This document shows positions 27,383 through 36,915 of a DNA stretch of 64,000 nt, one piece after another. The stretch is from positions 186,001 through 250,000 of IMG/VR virus record IMGVR_UViG_3300019458_000020; one strand, written 5' to 3'. Below the pieces are notes generated by a model. That model was not told the origin of the DNA. It searched no databases and was given only the letters and a program-made list of their open reading frames with translations. The position numbers and the translations under genes were made by a program. Positions within the stretch are counted from its first letter, which is position 1; every line of letters starts with the position of its first letter.

Positions 27383-27948
27383 AGAAGGTCAGAGATTTGG
27401 AAAATTAATTGTTATTAAATACGATTGTAAGAAAAAATCGTATCAAAGAAAATTTCCAAAAGAAGGTTGGAAACCTGTTTGGTGTTATAGTCATTACTGG
27501 CAATGTAGATGTGATTGCGGAAAAGAAAAGTCTATTAGACAAAATCATCTTACTCAAAAAATAGTAAAATCTTGTGGTTGTATAAAAAGAGGCAAAAATA
27601 GTATTCACTGGCAAGGATGTGGAGATATTTCAGGATATACATTTTGTCAAATCAAATCCAAAGCAAAAGAATATAAAAATGAAATTATCTCTACAACAAT
27701 TGTGGAGATTATTTCTAAAACAAGAAAGAAAATGTGCATTAACTGATTTATTACTAACTTTTGAAAAACAAAAACGGGGAGAAAAAACTGCCTCACTAGA
27801 TAGAATAGATTCATCCAAAGGGTATGTTAATGGAAATGTTCAATGGGTTCATAAGGATATAAACTGGATGAAAAATCGTTTTTCCCAAGAAAGATTTATA
27901 GAAATGTGCAAACTCGTAGCTAAAAAATATGGAAAATCATTATCTTAA
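27369..27948 (+). pseudogene. frameshifted His-Me/HNH-type homing endonuclease
   Basis: GQRFGKLIV..CRCDCG..SCGC in one frame; CALT..ASLDRIDSSKGYVNGNVQWVH in another; shift near 27660. Confidence 0.75.
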
Positions 27949-28288
27949 TTCAGGAGACTTAGTTAAACAAGACCCCGCCGTTATACCTATTCAAGTCGAT
28001 ATGATGAATATGAACGGTTTTGCAGCAGTGAAACGTGATGGTTCTTGGACACTTTATGAAATGGAAAAATGGCCGGAGGTAAAAGTTTGGCTCCAAAACT
28101 TTCAATCCGATTTCAGTCAACAATATATTCTAATGTTGGTTTTCAAAGCCGGCATATTGAGTGGCCGTGTTACTCAATGTAATGAACAAAGGATTGCTAT
28201 GGGATTAGATGTCATGGTTGATGAAGATGTTGAAAGGTTGGCATCGTTTCAAGATCCTTGGATGGCCGTTAATCATCCTCGTCATTAA
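27929..28288 (+). CDS. hypothetical protein
   Basis: ORF track. Confidence 0.65.
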   Translation: MENHYLNSGDLVKQDPAVIPIQVDMMNMNGFAAVKRDGSWTLYEMEKWPEVKVWLQNFQSDFSQQYILMLVFKAGILSGRVTQCNEQRIAMGLDVMVDEDVERLASFQDPWMAVNHPRH

Positions 28289-28419
28289 ATATGATTATCG
28301 ACATAATAAATACCCTTTCTGTCAATAAGTCGAACTTGACATAGAATTCGTTCTTGACTTTTCTTGGTGAATTTGTTATAGTATTGGAGTGGATGAGGCC
28401 GACCGAAAGGCGCCAAGAG

Positions 28420-28455
28420 TAGGGTACCTGGGAGACGATAAAAACTTTAACGATA
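28420..28455 (+). repeat. TAGGGGACC-N17-TTTAACGTTAA family copy (variant)
   Basis: TAGGGTACC...TTTAACGATA after TTGACT/TATAGT promoter. Confidence 0.6.
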
Positions 28456-28523
28456 CCGTAAATACTTTCAAAAAATCTCCGTAATTTGTTTGACAAATAG
28501 GTTGAACTGGGTTAATATTCCCC

Positions 28524-28850
28524 ATGAAGAAAAAAGACATCAAAGCGTTGTTCAAAATGAAACTTGGAACGGATGCTAATTGGGCCGTCAAAGGAATGTT
28601 GAAGATTTACGAATTCCAAACCACATCGGAAAAGGCCGTTCAAACCACAACGGACCACAATGACGTTGGTTTTTCTGGTTGTGATGCTGAAATTCTCAGT
28701 TCTTTCAGCGAACAGGTTTTGAAGGGCCGTAATCTGAGTGAAAAACAAATGGCCATTGTGTTCAAGAAAATGCCGAAGTATTGGCAACAGCTTGTCAAAC
28801 TGTCGGATATGGCGAAAGTTGAAGCTGCCGGTGCTAAGATGGCGGCATGA
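28524..28850 (+). CDS. hypothetical protein
   Basis: leaderless promoter; 108 aa. Confidence 0.8.
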   Translation: MKKKDIKALFKMKLGTDANWAVKGMLKIYEFQTTSEKAVQTTTDHNDVGFSGCDAEILSSFSEQVLKGRNLSEKQMAIVFKKMPKYWQQLVKLSDMAKVEAAGAKMAA

Positions 28851-29116
28851 ATCGGTTCACTTACAAAAATAACGGGGGAAAGTCATTGGATGGCTTCCCC
28901 TATGTCATTGAGTCTGATAACATTCTGAAGTCAGACACAATATTTAAGGAGAAAAGTGGATTCGATGTTGTAAAGTGTCCCTGGATAGGATGTTCCATAG
29001 AATTTAACATCTCAAATGATTATTTGACAAAATTGCTGAGTGTGATATTTTATATCCGAATTTACCAATCGGTAGCCGATGATATACGGAACCTGTTGGT
29101 GGCAAAGAAAAAGTAA
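28847..29116 (+). CDS. hypothetical protein
   Basis: ATGA overlap. Confidence 0.6.
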   Translation: MNRFTYKNNGGKSLDGFPYVIESDNILKSDTIFKEKSGFDVVKCPWIGCSIEFNISNDYLTKLLSVIFYIRIYQSVADDIRNLLVAKKK

Positions 29117-29354
29117 ACATCAAAAATAAAAAACATGAACACAAAACAAGCACTCCGTTGGCTCCACCGCAACTGCGGCCTCAAGTTGAATGGCACGTAT
29201 CATGTCACCCGTATGGGTGAAACCGTCAGTAATCGTAATTGGAACACGTTCCGCAAGGAATTTCTGGCACTGGTTGCTCGTGTGGGCTAAATCCCACAAA
29301 AAGGACAAGTATGTCCCTTGACATCTCCTTTTTTTCAAGTAAACTCTCGTCAAC

Positions 29355-29546
29355 ATGAAACTTATTGATTCTGTAAGTCCCGGTGACAGAGTAACAATCA
29401 TCACCCGTCATGGTTCAAAGTTGTCAGGTAGGGCAGTGATGCCATCTTCTCATGGTGGCTGGGTTTTGAATGGAGGCGGACGACATGGGACACCAATGTT
29501 GGCCGATGACACAAACACCATCAAAGTAAGCAAGAAAAGAAAGTAA
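29355..29546 (+). CDS. small SH3/KOW-like protein
   Basis: PGDRVTIITRHG...GRAV. Confidence 0.6.
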   Translation: MKLIDSVSPGDRVTIITRHGSKLSGRAVMPSSHGGWVLNGGGRHGTPMLADDTNTIKVSKKRK

Positions 29547-29547
29547 T

Positions 29548-29895
29548 ATGACACTCAAAGACAAGCCAGTTCCGTTCAAAGAAATCAACCTAAAGGATTT
29601 GGAAGGCGAATGGGTAGGATCTTACCGGGGCCACTTCGAACAAGTCATTAAGTTCCACATTCAGCCGGATGGGTGGCTGATAGCCACCAAGATTACGGGA
29701 GATGAACACGTTCCGGGTGGGGAAATTACTTTCAAAGCAGATTTGAATCGCAATGGCATGGGCGTAGGCCAAGTTGCTGAAAAAGAATTTCGCAATAACA
29801 CTTGGGTAATCGGTCAACTCATTGTTGAAGACAAGGAACATGTCATTTTTACATGGGCCGGATGTGGTTCGGTTAGATTCCGAAAAGATGGCTGA
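29548..29895 (+). CDS. DUF3506/cyclin-D1-binding-like beta domain protein
   Basis: LEGEWVGSY..H...IATKITGDEHVPGGEITF. Confidence 0.55.
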   Translation: MTLKDKPVPFKEINLKDLEGEWVGSYRGHFEQVIKFHIQPDGWLIATKITGDEHVPGGEITFKADLNRNGMGVGQVAEKEFRNNTWVIGQLIVEDKEHVIFTWAGCGSVRFRKDG

Positions 29896-29939
29896 TTTCC
29901 CTTGACATAAACAAAAAAACTGATTACTTTCACCAAAAT

Positions 29940-30170
29940 ATGAATTTAACTCCTACAATCAATCTGTATATCTCGCCTCGGGATATTGAAGCCATTTCCT
30001 CGGGCCAACCGGTCCAAGCTCGTAATAGCCGAATGGATAATATGGGCAATGACATTGCCCATTTGGTTCAGGTTTCGTTTCCAATCACGGCATACGAAAT
30101 CATTCCGAGCGTCCAGAACCTCGGTCTGTTCACCGTCACTCGTATTCGTGAATCCGGCCAATTTTCTTAA
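29940..30170 (+). CDS. hypothetical protein
   Basis: ORF after promoter. Confidence 0.7.
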   Translation: MNLTPTINLYISPRDIEAISSGQPVQARNSRMDNMGNDIAHLVQVSFPITAYEIIPSVQNLGLFTVTRIRESGQFS

Positions 30171-30174
30171 TAAA

Positions 30175-30756
30175 ATGATTATCGTTGGCGACATTCACGG
30201 CCGATACAGAAAGCTTAATGATATCGCCCGTAAGCACAAAGACCAAACCATTGTCCAGATTGGTGACTTTGGTTTCGGCTTTGGAGAAATGTTTGATCTT
30301 GACGGAAGCTTAATCGAAAAAAACATTCGATTCTTTCGTGGTAATCATGACAATCCAGAACTGTGTAACAAGCATCCTCAATCACTCGGCGACTATGGAG
30401 TGTTTGAAGGAATGTTCTTTGTTGCAGGAGCAGATTCAATCGACAAGGATTTGAGAATTGAAGGATTGACATGGTGGCGTAATGAAGAATTGACGATGCA
30501 GCAATTCAATGACGCCATCGACCAGTATAGTCATGTGAAACCAGAAATCGTTTTATCACATGATTGCCCACAACAAATTTGTACAGACTTCTTCGGTATT
30601 CCCGAATCAAGTAGAACGCGGCAGGGATTACAAGCCATGTTGGAGATCCATCGTCCCAGAGTTTGGATTTTTGGACATCATCATCGGCATTTTGCAAAAA
30701 ATGTAGATGGATGTACATTCCGTTGTCTTCCAGAACTACAAGCATATCAATTATGA
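30175..30756 (+). CDS. calcineurin-like metallophosphoesterase
   Basis: GDIHG, QIGDFG, RGNHD, LSHDCP, FGHHH. Confidence 0.92.
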   Translation: MIIVGDIHGRYRKLNDIARKHKDQTIVQIGDFGFGFGEMFDLDGSLIEKNIRFFRGNHDNPELCNKHPQSLGDYGVFEGMFFVAGADSIDKDLRIEGLTWWRNEELTMQQFNDAIDQYSHVKPEIVLSHDCPQQICTDFFGIPESSRTRQGLQAMLEIHRPRVWIFGHHHRHFAKNVDGCTFRCLPELQAYQL

Positions 30757-31022
30757 TTAAAATCCACATTCATCTAACAATCAGGGAAGGGCACATTCGA
30801 GGCGATGAAATTCGCAAGGATGGAACCAAGGGCAAAAATGTTTACTACTACATTGAAGATGGATTCCCGACTGTCTTGGCGGGATTCTCGGCTGCTGTGG
30901 ATAGAATCATGTTTGATGAAGCGGAATGTGAAATCACATTCACAACAGACCAATCATATCAGAATGAGCTTAATACTGTCTTGGATGCAGTCAGAAGCGG
31001 AAAGGTTTTGATTACACTATGA
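30753..31022 (+). CDS. hypothetical protein
   Basis: ATGA overlap. Confidence 0.7.
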   Translation: MIKIHIHLTIREGHIRGDEIRKDGTKGKNVYYYIEDGFPTVLAGFSAAVDRIMFDEAECEITFTTDQSYQNELNTVLDAVRSGKVLITL

Positions 31023-31202
31023 TAAGACTGATACAATTCGTCTCGGCCGTTACAGGCTGCATATTCATTGGCGTAGCCATGAACAGCTGGTTAATTGGTA
31101 TTGGCATCGGATTGGTTTGGCTCACACTGCCGCCTTTCAATCCTGACCAAGACTAAGATTATCACTTGACAATTCTTTTAAGTATTGTATTCTATCGTCA
31201 CC

Positions 31203-31739
31203 ATGACGATACCGAACGACATTGTTAAGAGAGTGGAAGACAAGATTCTTGACACTCTTTTACTTCTTCAAAAGCGATACCCGAACGCCAATTTGGAAAT
31301 CCCGAAGTGGCAATGGACAAAGATGGGAAGAACAGCCGGACGTGCTCACTACGGCCTTGGTTTGGTTGAATTGAATCCCGACTTCATCACTAATCATTTG
31401 GAAGAACTTATCAATCAAACCCTTCCACACGAAATTGCCCACCTAGCATCATTCAAAATCTACGGCATTCTTGGAAAAGGACACGGCAGATTTTGGAAAT
31501 CTGTGATGTATGCTCTTGCCCCTCTTGGTGTTCAAGTGAAACGGTGCCATGATTACAGTTTGGATGGTGTAACTACTCGGGTTCGCCCTCGGCCTTACGA
31601 ATACGTCTGTGGTTGTAAAGATAAGACTATCAAGGTAACATCTAACATTCACAACAAGATCCAACGTGGCCAAAAACGTTTCTGTATTCGTTGTAAAGTC
31701 ACCATTAAGTTAAAGTCTCTTGTTCAACAGGCCGCTTAA
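31203..31739 (+). CDS. SprT-like metalloprotease
   Basis: TAGRA, TLPHEIAHL, GHGRFWKSVM, C-terminal CGC...CIRC. Confidence 0.88.
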   Translation: MTIPNDIVKRVEDKILDTLLLLQKRYPNANLEIPKWQWTKMGRTAGRAHYGLGLVELNPDFITNHLEELINQTLPHEIAHLASFKIYGILGKGHGRFWKSVMYALAPLGVQVKRCHDYSLDGVTTRVRPRPYEYVCGCKDKTIKVTSNIHNKIQRGQKRFCIRCKVTIKLKSLVQQAA

Positions 31740-31791
31740 ATTTTCGCAGTAGGCATCTTGACAACCAAAACAAAAACAGTATAATATCACC

Positions 31792-32028
31792 ATGAAATAC
31801 AATAATAACACTACGGCCACAGCTACCGGTAACAGTTCCAAACGAAAGATTGGTGGTTACAACAGCTCGATTCTTCGGGCCAAACGTAATCAGAAGCGAC
31901 ATGAAGCCGAGGCACGAAACCAAGCGTGGTCCGATTTGACTCCAAAGCAACAACTGGCCAGTCTCGCCGGCCGCAGGGGTGAATCCAAACGTCAAGTGGC
32001 ACGCATTCAAGCAGCCAACAAGAGTTAA
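31792..32028 (+). CDS. small basic protein
   Basis: leaderless promoter TTGACA..TATAAT-N6-ATG. Confidence 0.75.
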   Translation: MKYNNNTTATATGNSSKRKIGGYNSSILRAKRNQKRHEAEARNQAWSDLTPKQQLASLAGRRGESKRQVARIQAANKS

Positions 32029-32176
32029 GTTTTCCGGCATGGATGGATACGATGGATAAAGGAGAACCCGGTTCTTCCCCACGTTCAAAGGCCACCAAAC
32101 AAAGTCAAGTGTCGAAAGATGCTTGACTTTTTTATTTTATGTCGTAAGTTCACGTCAACAGGTGTCAAACCGAGGA

Positions 32177-32214
32177 TAGGGGACCGGAGGATCTCAAAAT
32201 CACTTTAACGTTAA
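32177..32214 (+). repeat. TAGGGGACC-N18-TTTAACGTTAA family copy
   Basis: TAGGGGACCGGAGGATCTCAAAATCACTTTAACGTTAA. Confidence 0.8.
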
Positions 32215-32279
32215 TCCCTAACCACAACAATTCTATAAAAAAGATTTGACAGACTGATTTACTTTGATATATTCCTACC

Positions 32280-32912
32280 ATGAATAAAAAGTCAACTACA
32301 GTTACAATTCAAGACAGAAACGAAATGGTTGGATTCATCCGTTCACTCGGGACTGAATGCCGGTTTGTTTCTATGGTGACGGAAACTCCTGTGAAGATGC
32401 GCAAGACTGGCAATCCTTTTGCCTCCGGCGTTATCAAGGTGAGCCGCCGAAACGGTCTGATTAACGTCAACTATGTCGCTGCCGTTGAACGGAATCTGAA
32501 AGAAGCGAATGGTGGCACGCCGGTTGAATACACTGCCGGCGAAACGTGGTATGTTCATGCTACCACCGATGACGGCCGGGCGATTCCCTTGTGTGTTCAC
32601 AAAAAGGATTCAAAGAAACACTATCTCCAATACTTTCCTCACCGCACCCTTGGCCGCAACGAATACTTTTTCAATGGTCAGAAAATGACCACTGAACAAG
32701 TCGCCACCATGAAGAAATTTGTTCAGGAAGACAATCGGGCTGAGTTTAAGCCTACCGTGATTACCCTTGGAATCGACTCCATTCGGGTTCTGAAAGCTCG
32801 TCGAGTGGAGATGAAGAATAAGCTCGTCAGCCGCATCACAAGTCGTCTGGCGCAGTTTAAGAACATTCTGGCGAACATTGACGGACCAACGAAACCGGCA
32901 GTTGTCGCTTGA
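32280..32912 (+). CDS. hypothetical protein
   Basis: 210 aa; leaderless promoter. Confidence 0.85.
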   Translation: MNKKSTTVTIQDRNEMVGFIRSLGTECRFVSMVTETPVKMRKTGNPFASGVIKVSRRNGLINVNYVAAVERNLKEANGGTPVEYTAGETWYVHATTDDGRAIPLCVHKKDSKKHYLQYFPHRTLGRNEYFFNGQKMTTEQVATMKKFVQEDNRAEFKPTVITLGIDSIRVLKARRVEMKNKLVSRITSRLAQFKNILANIDGPTKPAVVA

Positions 32913-32945
32913 CAATAACCACAACATCCAGTAAAGTAAAAAACT

Positions 32946-33314
32946 ATGAAATACATGAAAAACATTGTACCTATTAATATGGGTGCCCGTGTCGAAGTTA
33001 GATTTGAATTTGACCGAATTCTGTCCACCCGGCGGCTCTTCGCCAGTTGGGTCGGCGACCGTACGTTTAGTACGTTAAGTAACATTCCGGACAACGTGGC
33101 TGAACTTTTGACCGCCGTGGCCACTGTTCCTGGCGTCAATAACCATCGTGACGGGCAGACTCACGTCAGCGGCAACGAGCTTTCCGTTGAAGTGATTGCT
33201 ATTGCCAATCGTCCCGTTCGGGAAATCGTCAAGACCATTCTGAAACGTGTTCAACGCCGGGTGGCAAAGGGTGAACGTCTTCAAATGGTTCGGCTACTAC
33301 CTCGCAGCAAGTAA
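32946..33314 (+). CDS. hypothetical protein
   Basis: 122 aa; promoter upstream. Confidence 0.75.
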   Translation: MKYMKNIVPINMGARVEVRFEFDRILSTRRLFASWVGDRTFSTLSNIPDNVAELLTAVATVPGVNNHRDGQTHVSGNELSVEVIAIANRPVREIVKTILKRVQRRVAKGERLQMVRLLPRSK

Positions 33315-33357
33315 ACTTTTCCTTCCAATTGGAAACGAAATGGGGATACCGTCCCAG

Positions 33358-33390
33358 CCCGTTGGAGAAATCCAACGGGTTTTTGTTTTT
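33358..33390 (+). terminator. intrinsic terminator
   Basis: CCCGTTGGA-GAAA-TCCAACGGG-TTTTTGTTTTTT. Confidence 0.85.
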
Positions 33391-33448
33391 TCCATTTGAC
33401 TTTTTTTAATTAAATGTTAAACTTAATTAACAGCCGACGAGGCGAGGG

Positions 33449-33485
33449 TAGGGGACCAGTGGATCGACAAAAATTTTAACGTTAA
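33449..33485 (+). repeat. TAGGGGACC-N17-TTTAACGTTAA family copy
   Basis: TAGGGGACCAGTGGATCGACAAAAATTTTAACGTTAA. Confidence 0.8.
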
Positions 33486-33541
33486 AGTAAATAGTTAAAA
33501 AACTCTTTGACAACTGATTTCTTTATGTTATTCTTTATGGC

Positions 33542-33700
33542 ATGAATGAATTTGAAGCTAACTTAGCCGCTGAGTCTGCCGCCGAATGGGCCGCAGAGGA
33601 AGCAATGGAAAGGGAAATGCTTGAACAGGGTGATTGTTGTTTGGACAACGAGCCGCCTGATTATCCCGACGGTTTCGATGATGGATACGGTGGCGAATAA
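33542..33700 (+). CDS. acidic peptide (52 aa)
   Basis: MNEFEANLAAESAAEWAAEEAMEREM...DDGYGGE*. Confidence 0.55.
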   Translation: MNEFEANLAAESAAEWAAEEAMEREMLEQGDCCLDNEPPDYPDGFDDGYGGE

Positions 33701-33748
33701 CTTCAAAAAACTCTTGACAATCAAACCCTAATACATTAAGGTTGTCGC

Positions 33749-34600
33749 ATGAATAAACTTATCTTTGGAAAAGGTAATGCCAAACTGGCCGAAAACATTC
33801 TAACCTTTTCCCTTCCGTCTGGTTATAGTTGTCCGGGTGCAAAGGATTGCCTTTCAAAGGCCAATAGAGAAACCGGAAAGATTACAGACGGTGCCGGTTG
33901 TCAATTCCGTTGTTTCTCAGCGAGTCAGGAGTGCATTTTCCGTAACGTTCGGGAATCCCGATGGAACAATTTTGAACTGCTTCGGAACGCAAAAACGGTG
34001 AACGGCATGAAAGCTATTATTCTTGAATCACTTCCGAAAACTCCCTTTCAGGTTGTCGTTCGGATTCATGTCGCTGGTGATTTTTTCAGCCAGACATACT
34101 TTGACGCATGGTTGGCAGTCGCTAAGGAAAACCCTAACTTTCTCCTTTACGCTTACACTAAATCCCTTCCCTACTGGGTGGCTCGTTTGAATGATATCCC
34201 TTCTAACTTCATTCTAACTTCTTCTTTTGGTGGTAAGTATGACGATATGATAACGCAACACAATTTGCGTTACGCAAAGGTTGTTTACTCTGAGGAGCAG
34301 GCACAAGCCTTGAATCTGGAAATTGACCATGACGATAGCCACGCCTATAAGAATGGACCTTCTTTCGCTCTGTTACTTCATGGAACACAACCTAAAGGAA
34401 CAGAGGCAAACGTTGCTCTTCGGGTGTTACGGAAGGCAGGCAAAGGTGGTTATTATTCTCCCTATAACATCGGAAAGAACAAAGCCAAAAAGGGATATGG
34501 CCGTCTGGCCAAGTCAAAAAAGAAAACCGCTGGGGGGAGTACCCCCGAAGCCGGCTCCATAGGGGGGAAGAGTGTTTCTGCTGAACAAATTGCTGCTTGA
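33749..34600 (+). CDS. phage Gp88-like protein
   Basis: TFSLPSGYSCPGA..C...CFSA, RIHVAGDFFSQTYFDAW, YAYTKS. Confidence 0.75.
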   Translation: MNKLIFGKGNAKLAENILTFSLPSGYSCPGAKDCLSKANRETGKITDGAGCQFRCFSASQECIFRNVRESRWNNFELLRNAKTVNGMKAIILESLPKTPFQVVVRIHVAGDFFSQTYFDAWLAVAKENPNFLLYAYTKSLPYWVARLNDIPSNFILTSSFGGKYDDMITQHNLRYAKVVYSEEQAQALNLEIDHDDSHAYKNGPSFALLLHGTQPKGTEANVALRVLRKAGKGGYYSPYNIGKNKAKKGYGRLAKSKKKTAGGSTPEAGSIGGKSVSAEQIAA

Positions 34601-34603
34601 TTT

Positions 34604-34822
34604 ATGAAATGGACACGAAAGAAACCAACGAAACCCGGCCGCTACTGGTTCCGTGGCTGGGGCAAAACAAAGGTGGTTGTCATAGCCCATCATACCGATG
34701 CGGAGATTGACGCCTGGCGAGTTTGTGCCGTCGAATTCAATGAATACGGAACAGCGTTGAGCCTCTTTCCGGAAAATGAATGTGAGTGGTCCGACCGGGC
34801 CATTCCTGAACCAACGGAGTAA
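34604..34822 (+). CDS. hypothetical protein (KPtkPGxyW family)
   Basis: MKWTRKKPTKPGRYWF; similar start to 44142..44405. Confidence 0.7.
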   Translation: MKWTRKKPTKPGRYWFRGWGKTKVVVIAHHTDAEIDAWRVCAVEFNEYGTALSLFPENECEWSDRAIPEPTE

Positions 34823-34823
34823 C

Positions 34824-34864
34824 GCTGGGGGGTACCCCCCGAATAATCCATCCATACGGTAGGG
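34824..34864 (+). repeat. GGGGGTACCCCC...TAGGG family copy
   Basis: GCTGGGGGGTACCCCCC-N-ACGGTAGGG. Confidence 0.75.
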
Positions 34865-34915
34865 ATAGGACTTGACAGTAGAATCAATGTCTGTTACATT
34901 GTAAGTTGAAAAATT

Positions 34916-35626
34916 ATGAATACAAAAAACAAAACAATTGCTATCGTCTTTGATAACTCCATATCGGCAGTGTCAAAAAATACGAAACCACTTCAATTGG
35001 CCCTGTTTGGGCTTGGTTACAAGTGGAATCGTTTCGACACTCAACCGGTTGTTATCAACTTCCCGGCAAAGCAGTGTGTGATTTACTTGAACACCAAAAC
35101 CAAGAGCCTCTCTTGGGATAACGTTGTTCAAAGCAACGTCAAAGTTGTCGGCAACTACTCTTATACGAGCATCCGATTGACCGGCAACAATCTTTCGGAA
35201 GTCCTTAATTTCGTGGAACATCCGGTAAAACCCAAAATCGACGTGACAATTGAGGAATTGCATGATGATCGGTCAATTAAATTCATCGTCAACGCCGATG
35301 AAAAAACCGTAAAGGTCAATCTCACAAAACGTAACACCCTCAATCGGGAATCGGTTCATGACTTTCCTATTGCTGTTGAATTGTTAGACAAAGTTCAATC
35401 AGCTTTGGGCCGCAATTCTGTTTTGCCTGTTGTGAACTTCATTTATCCTTCCAGTTCAACGGGAAGGCCAGTGAATCGCCGGGTTCGTGTTACATTCTTC
35501 AATGACGCATACATTCGTGGTTATGAACTTGAAGATGAAAATGATGACAAGGGCACATTCAAAGCCTTCCAAACAAAGAAAATAAACGGATCTGTTCTGT
35601 TGGTTTCCTTCCATTCTGGTAAGTAA
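34916..35626 (+). CDS. hypothetical protein, C-terminal WYL/SH3-like domain
   Basis: VNFIYP...RRVRV...YIRGYE...FKAF..KKI. Confidence 0.7.
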   Translation: MNTKNKTIAIVFDNSISAVSKNTKPLQLALFGLGYKWNRFDTQPVVINFPAKQCVIYLNTKTKSLSWDNVVQSNVKVVGNYSYTSIRLTGNNLSEVLNFVEHPVKPKIDVTIEELHDDRSIKFIVNADEKTVKVNLTKRNTLNRESVHDFPIAVELLDKVQSALGRNSVLPVVNFIYPSSSTGRPVNRRVRVTFFNDAYIRGYELEDENDDKGTFKAFQTKKINGSVLLVSFHSGK

Positions 35627-35746
35627 TTTCGGTGTAGGTTCATGTTTCTCTAGCCCCTCCTGAGTGGGACGGGTGGTACTAAATTAATAGGGTGGGGGGT
35701 ACCCTCCCCATAGGGGGCATTTAAAATAAAGGGAAAAGGAGAAATT

Positions 35747-35823
35747 TGGTAGTCCTAGTGGGAATCGAACCCGACATCTATAGGTTGAAAGCCTATTATC
35801 CTAAGCCATTGGACGACAGGACC
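35747..35823 (-). tRNA. tRNA-Glu(UUC)
   Basis: GGTCCTG/TAGGACT, loop CT-TTC-AA, CCA. Confidence 0.95.
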
Positions 35824-35834
35824 ATAAAAATTGT

Positions 35835-35909
35835 TGGAGCGGGTTGCAGGCAACGCTCACTGCACCTGACACTGGAAAGTGCCCATGATTCTCCTTTCAC
35901 CAAACCCGC
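35835..35909 (-). tRNA. aberrant tRNA-Gly(UCC)-like
   Basis: GCGGGTT/AACCCGC-TCCA; GGCAC TTTCCA GTGTC (non-7-nt loop); non-canonical T loop. Confidence 0.6.
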
Positions 35910-35952
35910 ACACATAACTATAGGACGGATCTATGAAAGTGTCAAAATAATT

Positions 35953-36170
35953 AAAACAGGCGGAAACTCTTTAGCGGGGTTTCTCTTATCCGTTTCCGTT
36001 AGGCGCCCACAGGCGCACAGTTATGACACTGCCTGTTTTGAAAAACCGAATCTTAGCCGGAGGGTGCCCTCTCCATTGGTGATTACGATTCACCGGCCTC
36101 TGCAGAAGCCCTCAGGTATCCCCGAGCCGGACGTTTTACGCCGGACCTACGTTCTTTCTAATCGCTAAGA
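35953..36170 (-). ncRNA. unassigned two-domain structured RNA upstream of tRNAs
   Basis: TCTTAGC/GCTAAGA multibranch domain and AAAACAGGC/GCCTGTTTT domain; promoter at 36250-36223. Confidence 0.55.
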
Positions 36171-36287
36171 CGTGTTAATAGTCATTCGACTCAATTACTG
36201 TCCAACTTCCATCAACAATGATACTATATCACACAGTATAAAAATGTCAAATCCAATTCTTTTAATTGAATTGATATATGTATCTCC

Positions 36288-36686
36288 ATGAAAGATAAAA
36301 TCTTAGAACTTCACAATTCAGGAAAATCATATAGAGAAATAAGACAAATTTTAGGATGTTCACATTCTCTCATTTCTTACTATGTTAACCCGGATGGCAA
36401 AACAAAACAACTCCAAAGACAAAATAAAAATCGTTTTATAAAAAGAGAAAAATACAAGTTATCTATGGGAGGAAAATGTTGTAAATGTGGATATGACCGT
36501 TGTCTTGCAGCCTTGCATTTTCATCATAAAAACCCAGAAGAAAAAAAGTTTTTGTTAAGTTCTGCTATGTGGGGAGTAAATTCAATAACCGAAGAAGATA
36601 TCTTAAATGAAATTAAGAAATGTGACTTGATTTGTGCAAATTGTCACGCAGAGTATCATTATCCAAATACTCTCAAGAAATGGTAG
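36288..36686 (+). CDS. HTH + HNH homing endonuclease
   Basis: CCKCGY...LHFHHKNP...KCDLICANCHAEYH; stop lies in tRNA-iMet antisense. Confidence 0.88.
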   Translation: MKDKILELHNSGKSYREIRQILGCSHSLISYYVNPDGKTKQLQRQNKNRFIKREKYKLSMGGKCCKCGYDRCLAALHFHHKNPEEKKFLLSSAMWGVNSITEEDILNEIKKCDLICANCHAEYHYPNTLKKW

Positions 36687-36755
36687 CAGGGACAGGAATC
36701 GAACCTGTGACCTTCGGGTTATGAGCCAGACGAGCTGCCACTGCTCTACCCTGCA
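36681..36755 (-). tRNA. initiator tRNA-Met(CAU)
   Basis: unpaired 1:72 (T:T), loop CT-CAT-AA, CAGG TTCGATT CCTG, CCA. Confidence 0.9.
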
Positions 36756-36915
36756 ATCTGTTGTCGGAGCTAAAAGCTTCTACGACGAAAATCAGCAGGC
36801 GGTTTTTATTCTCGGCTTCTTAGACCGAACCGGCTTCCTATTCGGGCCGGTGGTTCATCCGCGAACCATCTTCATACTCATTATTATATCACCGATTGTT
36901 CTGTTGTCAACTTGA

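Noticed and set aside
35746-36168. 140-aa + strand ORF, and 36634..36915, 36855..37106, 37015..37209
   Set aside because: Frames across tRNAs, ROOL and structured RNAs
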